From a virus, in IMG/VR virus record IMGVR_UViG_3300044846_005100, positions 32,001 through 96,000 of that record: DNA of 64,000 nt; one strand, given 5' to 3'. Shown one piece after another: positions 57,917 to 64,000 of the stretch. Within the stretch, counting starts at the first letter, position 1; each line of letters starts with the position of its first letter. The notes under the pieces were generated by a model, which did not search any database, had not been told where the DNA came from, and was given only the letters and a program-made list of their open reading frames with translations. Both the position numbers and the translations under genes were made by a program.

Positions 57917-57966
57917 TAGGAAACTTTTTTTTATTTATAAACGTTATATACAAAAACACAAAACAG

Positions 57967-58383
57967 ATGGGATTATATAAACAAACAATACAAAAAAGCA
58001 AGAAAGAATGCTTTATGGATAGGGCCAGAGTTTTGTTGGCCACAAAAGGATTATTACTATCCGACAAAACACTAGAAGTATTATATTGGGTACTATACTA
58101 TAAAATAGATTATCCTAAATTACATCCAAACAATGTAGATCAATTTAAGAACATGAATCAAATGCATGTAGTGATTGCAAAACACATGCAGGTATTTTCT
58201 TCTTATATCGGGGCCTATATAAATGATAGGATTGTTCCTTTTAAGATATTAAAAAAAGTAGTATCAAATCCAGTGGATAAGTTTTCTAAGCCAAGAGTAT
58301 TGGATTATGAGATACCAGAATGGCTTGAGAAAATGTACAAAGAAAAAACATTTAACATTAATATAAATTACGTTTATGAATAA
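57967..58383 (+). CDS. Hypothetical protein
   Basis: ORF. Confidence 0.75.
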   Translation: MGLYKQTIQKSKKECFMDRARVLLATKGLLLSDKTLEVLYWVLYYKIDYPKLHPNNVDQFKNMNQMHVVIAKHMQVFSSYIGAYINDRIVPFKILKKVVSNPVDKFSKPRVLDYEIPEWLEKMYKEKTFNININYVYE

Positions 58384-58567
58384 AAGCATAGTAGAAATAA
58401 TAAAAAATTTAAACTCTCCTTTCCGAAAGATTATGATTATGAATCAGGCTACTTACGAAGAATTAAAAAGAGAATTAGGAATGGAGTATTACGAAGAACT
58501 TGTTAAATACAAGAATCTAACCATAGCAATTAGCCTAGATGATAACTTAAAAATATTATTAGTATAA
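58376..58567 (+). CDS. Hypothetical protein
   Basis: Packed ORF. Confidence 0.7.
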   Translation: MNKSIVEIIKNLNSPFRKIMIMNQATYEELKRELGMEYYEELVKYKNLTIAISLDDNLKILLV

Positions 58568-58761
58568 TGGAGATCTTATTTAAACTTTTTTTTACCTGTA
58601 TATTGCTATCATCTATGATATTATTACATTTTAACTCTTTCAGAGAACATGGAAAGTTTCCATATTTGGAAACTAATAACAGTTTTTCTAAATATTTTTT
58701 TAAGATACTATACTTTATTTTCTTAGTATCATTAATCACAGTAATTATTTTAAACTCATAA
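58567..58761 (+). CDS. Small membrane protein
   Basis: Two hydrophobic segments. Confidence 0.65.
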   Translation: MEILFKLFFTCILLSSMILLHFNSFREHGKFPYLETNNSFSKYFFKILYFIFLVSLITVIILNS

Positions 58762-59024
58762 TGACTATTTTTGAAGAAGTAGCTAAAAACCTTGGGAATA
58801 TTTCTCCAGAAGAAGTGCAAAAAATCTATCAAGACTATGTTAAAACAGTTTCAAAAGAAATGAGTGCTTCTCCTGCAAGAGAAATTTACTTTCCTAAATT
58901 TGGAAAATTTTCTCCGAGCGTTATAAAAATAAGAAAAAGACTTAGAATGTTTTTTAAACTACGAGAAGTAGAAAAAACAAAAAAAATGATAAATACTTTA
59001 CGAATATTAAAAAATAAAAAATAA
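58761..59024 (+). CDS. HU/IHF-like DNA-binding protein
   Basis: EVAKNL..IYFPKFGKF. Confidence 0.65.
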   Translation: MTIFEEVAKNLGNISPEEVQKIYQDYVKTVSKEMSASPAREIYFPKFGKFSPSVIKIRKRLRMFFKLREVEKTKKMINTLRILKNKK

Positions 59025-59085
59025 AAATAAAAATTATTTTCGTATATTTGCAAAATATATTTTAAACACACAAAAAAAATTAATT

Positions 59086-59517
59086 ATGACAATTAAAGAA
59101 TTCAAAGATCAAGAAATCCCAAATTTTGGATTTGAGATCAAAAGAGAAAATCACATTTTAGTACAATGTTATGCTAAAAGAAGTGAATTAGCTTCTCAAT
59201 TAGTGGGTATGGAAAACCATAGAAACACTGAAATCAAAAATGCTTTTAAAGTATTAATGGCTAATGGTTCTAAAAACTTCACAGAAGGTGATATTATTTC
59301 TATTGGAGATAATCTAGTAGACAAACCAATTGTAAGTTACAAGCCACCTGTAGGAGGGGATCCTAATGGAGATGCTAGACCTGTATATGGTTTTTATTTA
59401 CAAGGATTGATGCCTTTTACATTCTATTGCCACAAACTAGAAGAAACAGAAAACCCTTTGGAGTTGACATTCTTGATTCCAGAAGATTTGATTACAGTAA
59501 AACACATAATAGACTAA
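59086..59517 (+). CDS. Hypothetical protein
   Basis: ORF behind a -7 box. Confidence 0.75.
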   Translation: MTIKEFKDQEIPNFGFEIKRENHILVQCYAKRSELASQLVGMENHRNTEIKNAFKVLMANGSKNFTEGDIISIGDNLVDKPIVSYKPPVGGDPNGDARPVYGFYLQGLMPFTFYCHKLEETENPLELTFLIPEDLITVKHIID

Positions 59518-59526
59518 AAATATATC

Positions 59527-59799
59527 ATGAAAGAGAAAAATAATAAACAAAATAAGGTTTCTACACCAAAACAAAAGCCATCTACTCCTAAAAGTAAAAA
59601 AAGAACTAGCTCAGGAGTATCTAAAAAAGAAGAAAAAGCTTTCTTAGAAACAAATAAAATTGAGGATAATATTGTAAATGAAACTCCAGTAGTTTATGAG
59701 ACTCCTCAGTGTTCTTTTCCTACAAGAACCGTTCTTAAAAATAAACCAGCAAAATTATCTTTGTGGGAAAGATTTGTAGACTTTATTATTAACCTATAA
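59527..59799 (+). CDS. Basic low-complexity protein
   Basis: ORF. Confidence 0.7.
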   Translation: MKEKNNKQNKVSTPKQKPSTPKSKKRTSSGVSKKEEKAFLETNKIEDNIVNETPVVYETPQCSFPTRTVLKNKPAKLSLWERFVDFIINL

Positions 59800-59809
59800 C
59801 TATAAAAAA

Positions 59810-60130
59810 ATGGAAACCAAAAAAAGCAAAATGACAATCAGTAAAGAGACAGGAGAAGATAGCGAAAAAGTTATTCTTTCTAAAAGAACTGATACTGAGG
59901 ACATTACAAAAACAATCGAAAAGATTTCAAATGGTTATTTACTTACTGTAGAGATTTGGAATTTTAAAGAAAACATGAAATCAAAAAACATGAAAAAGTT
60001 TTTTGAAAAAAACCCTCTTGAAATGGATGAAGAAAACGAAGAAGAAGATTCTGAAGATTCTTCTGAAAATTCAAAGATGAAGGGTACATCAGAATTTATG
60101 GAAAACTGGAATATATTAGAAATAAAATAA
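59810..60130 (+). CDS. Hypothetical protein
   Basis: ORF. Confidence 0.7.
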   Translation: METKKSKMTISKETGEDSEKVILSKRTDTEDITKTIEKISNGYLLTVEIWNFKENMKSKNMKKFFEKNPLEMDEENEEEDSEDSSENSKMKGTSEFMENWNILEIK

Positions 60131-60134
60131 GACA

Positions 60135-60443
60135 ATGTTTGCAAATCCTGATGCAGCTAATCCTGCAAAAATAACTTTTAAAAATGTAAAGAACTACCTC
60201 TCTGCTCAAGTTAGAGAGGCAGGTTTTTTACCAGAATGGGAAAAAGAACAAGTGTTATGGAGAAATGAAGTAGCACAAGCTTGTTCTTTAAATGGAAGTT
60301 GCCTAGAATGTGGATGTGAAACTCCTGATCTTTACTATGGCACTGATGGTTGTAAAAGAAAAGAAAATCCTTGCTTTCCTGATATGATGAATAAAGAAGA
60401 TTGGGAAGCTTATAAAATACAAAACAATATAAAAATAGAATAA
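60135..60443 (+). CDS. Cys-rich protein, crAss-like
   Basis: EQVLWR..C..GSCLECGC..CFPDMM. Confidence 0.75.
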   Translation: MFANPDAANPAKITFKNVKNYLSAQVREAGFLPEWEKEQVLWRNEVAQACSLNGSCLECGCETPDLYYGTDGCKRKENPCFPDMMNKEDWEAYKIQNNIKIE

Positions 60444-60444
60444 T

Positions 60445-60774
60445 ATGTCAGAAAATATAAATCCAAATTTAAAACTCACTACGGTGGTATTTGAACCAGA
60501 GATCATAGTTGTAGAGGGTAAAAGAGATCAAACAGTTGGAGGGTCCGTTATGGTAAAAAATATAGGAGATGAAACCTTTATATGTCAAAGTGTGGCTAAA
60601 AGTTGTGGATGTACAACTCCTTCAGGTGTAACTACTGGAACAATAATAGAACCAGGAGAAAGTAAAGAATTAAGTTTTACTATTAAACTCGGAACTCCTT
60701 CAGATAAGTTTATTTATGTTTACGGAAATGCTACGGCTATTTCTTTAAGAATAGCTAAACGCATATTGGAATAA
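60445..60774 (+). CDS. DUF1573-like Ig-fold protein
   Basis: SCGCTTP..IEPGES. Confidence 0.75.
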   Translation: MSENINPNLKLTTVVFEPEIIVVEGKRDQTVGGSVMVKNIGDETFICQSVAKSCGCTTPSGVTTGTIIEPGESKELSFTIKLGTPSDKFIYVYGNATAISLRIAKRILE

Positions 60775-60776
60775 TT

Positions 60777-61301
60777 ATGATAGAAACTACAGAAATGGTT
60801 TTAGAACCAAAGAAAATAAATTATATTTTTGAAGGAGGATTTGATCTACAAAATATAAACGAAGCTCTTTCTTTTTTAAATGGAAATGATCTTCCTGTTA
60901 ATTTGTTTATTAACACTCCTGGGGGGTATGTAAGTTATGTACATCCTTTTAGTAAAGCCATAGAAGAATATGGAGATATTGTCCTCTATCCTATCGAGGA
61001 ATGTTCTAGTGCAGGATTCTTTTTATTATTAAATACTTCCGTACCTATTTGTCTATTAGACAGATCTATACGATGTTTGATTCATTTTCCTAGAATAGAT
61101 TCTATTTTGGATATGAATAAAAATCACATTTACGATAAAGTTGATTTTAAAAATAAAACAGAACAAAAAGGATTTTCAGAATTACTAAAAAGTCTTCCTT
61201 TACCAAATAAGCAAATGAAAAAATTATTAAAAGGAGAAGATATAGTCTTATACTATAATGATTTATTAGAAATATTTAAAACGAGAATAATACATGAGTA
61301 A
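60777..61301 (+). CDS. ClpP-like protease
   Basis: INTPGG, CSSAG, LIH. Confidence 0.7.
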   Translation: MIETTEMVLEPKKINYIFEGGFDLQNINEALSFLNGNDLPVNLFINTPGGYVSYVHPFSKAIEEYGDIVLYPIEECSSAGFFLLLNTSVPICLLDRSIRCLIHFPRIDSILDMNKNHIYDKVDFKNKTEQKGFSELLKSLPLPNKQMKKLLKGEDIVLYYNDLLEIFKTRIIHE

Positions 61302-61707
61302 TAATAATAATCATTTTGAAATTGTAAAAAACAAAAAATTTAAAGAAGTTATTTCAAATAAGGAATTTTTCACTGGTCAGACAGTCCTATTTATATGTTG
61401 TGAAGAATCTAAAACACCTACTCAACACACAATACAATTAGACACAAATTACCATGTATTAGATCCTATTGTAAAATACATAAAACATTCCTTCGATCCT
61501 AATGTTAGGGTTGAAGGACACTCTTTAGTGGCTATTAGAAAAATAAAGCCAGGAGATGAAATAAAGAGAAACTACTACGAAACAGAAGAGATTATAGTAA
61601 AAGAATTCACAGACAGAGAAACTGGAGAAAGAGTTAATACAAAAAATCTTTATTTATTCAATAATAAAAATACAGAAGATGGATTATTATTTGATGCAGA
61701 ATTTTGA
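61294..61707 (+). CDS. SET-domain protein
   Basis: KHSFDPN..AIRKIKPGDEIKRNY. Confidence 0.75.
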   Translation: MSNNNNHFEIVKNKKFKEVISNKEFFTGQTVLFICCEESKTPTQHTIQLDTNYHVLDPIVKYIKHSFDPNVRVEGHSLVAIRKIKPGDEIKRNYYETEEIIVKEFTDRETGERVNTKNLYLFNNKNTEDGLLFDAEF

Positions 61708-62233
61708 TTATGAGAAGAATAGATATTCTTTCTGGGATGTAAATCCTGAATTTAAATTCACAGAACCTTTTGATGATTATTACAATGCTACTGAAAATAA
61801 AGATTATTCTTCGGAAGTAATGTGGGCCATTTTTTTATTTTGCGATATTAAGTCTCCTAAAATAAGGCTTAGAAAAGACGAAAGAGATCTTGATATTAAG
61901 AAATATTTTCTTAAAGATGAGACTTTTAGTTTTGATTACCATGAAGATTTAGTAGATGCCTACCCAAAAGTAGTAATGACTAAAATACAGAGAGAACTTA
62001 AAGTATGGCAAGATAAGATAGAAGAAAGAAATAAGTTTTTAGAATCAGTTACTTATGATTTAAGTACTTATGAAGCCCTAGACAAGATGATGAAAGACTC
62101 TAAACTTATTTGGGAGTCTTTTGGAAAAATTTATAAAGAATATCAAGACGAAAATATAGAAACCAGAGCTAGAGGTGGAAGAGAAGAATCTTTCACCGAA
62201 AAGCTCGTAAGTAAAGCAAAAAAAGCAAATTAA
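61679..62233 (+). CDS. Hypothetical protein upstream of the terminase
   Basis: SFWDVNP..SSEVMWAI..RGGREES. Confidence 0.75.
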   Translation: MDYYLMQNFDYEKNRYSFWDVNPEFKFTEPFDDYYNATENKDYSSEVMWAIFLFCDIKSPKIRLRKDERDLDIKKYFLKDETFSFDYHEDLVDAYPKVVMTKIQRELKVWQDKIEERNKFLESVTYDLSTYEALDKMMKDSKLIWESFGKIYKEYQDENIETRARGGREESFTEKLVSKAKKAN

Positions 62234-62258
62234 TTATTCACATACAAAACAATAAATT

Positions 62259-62474
62259 ATGTTCCCAGTAAACAAACCAAATCAATACAATCAACCTAAA
62301 GCTAAAGCAAATCCTTTAGAGTTAAAACACGGAAGTTACTTTTGGCTTTCAAGACTTCTTGGCACTTACTCCAAAGAAAGATTCAAAGAGATGCAAGATG
62401 CTTTAGAAAAAATTAAGCAAAATGCTTCAGAACAGCAAGATGCTCCTGAAAAAGCATTTGAACAAATAGACTAG
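62259..62474 (+). CDS. Hypothetical protein
   Basis: ORF. Confidence 0.7.
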   Translation: MFPVNKPNQYNQPKAKANPLELKHGSYFWLSRLLGTYSKERFKEMQDALEKIKQNASEQQDAPEKAFEQID

Positions 62475-62480
62475 AATATT

Positions 62481-62699
62481 ATGATAATAATGATTGACTT
62501 AAAAAACAACTATATTGAGATAGATGGTAATAAAGATCCTGATCTAAATATACAGAATGTTTTAGAAAAAATTTCTCAAAACATAGATAAGTATGATGTA
62601 AAACAAGTCAACATTAGGGAAGAATTAATAAAAATGCTTTCCAAAAAAATTATAATAAGAAACAAAGATATTATACCTAGAGCTCCTATACAAAAATGA
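62481..62699 (+). CDS. Hypothetical protein
   Basis: Overlaps the terminase start. Confidence 0.7.
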   Translation: MIIMIDLKNNYIEIDGNKDPDLNIQNVLEKISQNIDKYDVKQVNIREELIKMLSKKIIIRNKDIIPRAPIQK

Positions 62700-64000
62700 T
62701 AATTAATACAGAAAATATATTTCCAAAAATATATGATAACACCCCTTTTATAAAAAATCATCCTACCTTACACCCTCATAGTACAGCCTATGAGGAATAT
62801 TGGACTAGGGAATTAGAAGAGTTTATATTAGGGGTTTGGGGGGAGGAAGAAACTCCTGAAGGATTACGTTGGAGATATATGAATCCTCAGTTAAATTATT
62901 TCACTAATTATCACACTATTACCATTCAAGATGGTAAACAACGTATTAAATCAAGGCCAAGTTTATTGGATATAAACTGGACCATATTAAATTGTTGGTT
63001 TATTTGTAGAGGTTTTAGTGGATTTGAACAAGATGAAGAATACACTTGTAATTGGACAGTGAAACTAAAAGAGGATAAATTAAACAATCCTCTATCCCCT
63101 GACATTCCTTTAAAATTTTTAAATAACCTATCTGACCATTGTTATAAGCCTGACGGAACCTTTAAAACATATATTGATCCTTTAGAATACTTAAATAAGA
63201 CTCATGATAAGAATTTAGGCAATCCTATTTATGATAACAATGCTTTAAATTTATTTTTATTAGGATCTCGATCGGGAGGAAAATCCTTTATGGCTTCAGC
63301 ATTAATGGAACATGAATGGTTATCGGATGGTGCTAAAACTGTAGAAGATTATCTTTCAGGAAAAAATAAAGTGGAAATTTTTTGTGGATCGGCCAGTTCG
63401 GGAAAATCTTCTCAACTATTAGACAAATTCTCCAACTCTTTGAAAAACTTACCTGGAGAATATTTTGATAGAGAGTATTTCCCTTCTCCTTTTAGTAGAA
63501 CTTTTTCTGGTACACTTAAAGTAGGAAACTCTAAAAATCCTTATAGATTTGAGTATGAAAAGAAAATCGGGAATTCTAATGTAAAAGAAGGTACAGGATC
63601 TCTACTTATCCACGAGACCTACAAAGACAATAAACAAGCAGCCGTTGGAGGCCGTTACAATGTGTTAGTAGTGGAAGAGGTGGGATTGGAAGATAAAATT
63701 CTTACAGTGCATGGTGCCAACGAATCTACACAGGATATGGGGGCAGGTAAGTTTGGATCTTCATTCTACCTTGGAACAGGTGGAGACATGGAAAAAGTTA
63801 TTGAATCTGAGATTATATTTAGAGATCCTGAAGCTTATGACTTTTTAGGGTTTAAAGATATTTATGAAGGAAGAGGAGTAATAGGTTTTTTCCTACCAGC
63901 AATTTATACAAACTTAGCCTACAAAGATGATAATGGCAATACAGATGTAGAGACTGCTTTGAAGTATGAAATGGAGCGAAGAGAAGAGAAAAAACAAGCT
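62696..64000 (+). CDS. terL: Terminase large subunit, 3'-truncated
   Basis: Frame from ATG 62696 appears open to the window edge; Walker A GSRSGGKS, Walker B VVEEVG, GTGG. Confidence 0.85.
   Translation, partial: MIINTENIFPKIYDNTPFIKNHPTLHPHSTAYEEYWTRELEEFILGVWGEEETPEGLRWRYMNPQLNYFTNYHTITIQDGKQRIKSRPSLLDINWTILNCWFICRGFSGFEQDEEYTCNWTVKLKEDKLNNPLSPDIPLKFLNNLSDHCYKPDGTFKTYIDPLEYLNKTHDKNLGNPIYDNNALNLFLLGSRSGGKSFMASALMEHEWLSDGAKTVEDYLSGKNKVEIFCGSASSGKSSQLLDKFSNSLKNLPGEYFDREYFPSPFSRTFSGTLKVGNSKNPYRFEYEKKIGNSNVKEGTGSLLIHETYKDNKQAAVGGRYNVLVVEEVGLEDKILTVHGANESTQDMGAGKFGSSFYLGTGGDMEKVIESEIIFRDPEAYDFLGFKDIYEGRGVIGFFLPAIYTNLAYKDDNGNTDVETALKYEMERREEKKQA

Noticed and set aside
1-64000. Stop-codon reassignment as in some crAss-like phages
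   Set aside because: Genes are full length in the standard code, TAG and TGA end genes normally, and no suppressor tRNA is present.

Overview
A bacteriophage genome segment with a probable Bacteroidota host (TAnnTTTG promoters; crAss/Flavobacterium-phage-like replication and terminase genes). It has four parts. (1) 1-6.8 kb, minus strand: an RNA-rich island with 14 canonical tRNAs, many tRNA-like or otherwise structured RNAs, and a Ro60/TROVE-vWA gene. Directly downstream of Ro60 is an array of six Y-RNA-like scaffolds that share a covarying stem (TRGYAA-N9-TTACTTC ... TTCY). Five of them carry a tRNA module in a different topology (nested, circularly permuted, or acceptor-fused), and a seventh inside-out copy ending in ACCA lies upstream of Ro60. 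Two tRNA sub-arrays are headed by leader-peptide/terminator attenuator-like modules, and the island contains rrn-type boxA elements. (2) 6.8-35 kb, minus strand: nucleotide metabolism, RNA repair (Pnk plus RNA ligase) and DNA replication (PolA, primase, DnaB, SSB, SF2 helicase). (3) 35-53.3 kb, minus strand: small early genes, with six copies of one promoter cassette at 42-53 kb. This region has no GATC in my scan, is rich in CCCGA, and includes a likely SAM lyase. (4) After a skewed non-coding divergence region at 53.3-54.5 kb, plus-strand genes run to a truncated large terminase. All counts and RNA folds were done by eye; no database searches were run.
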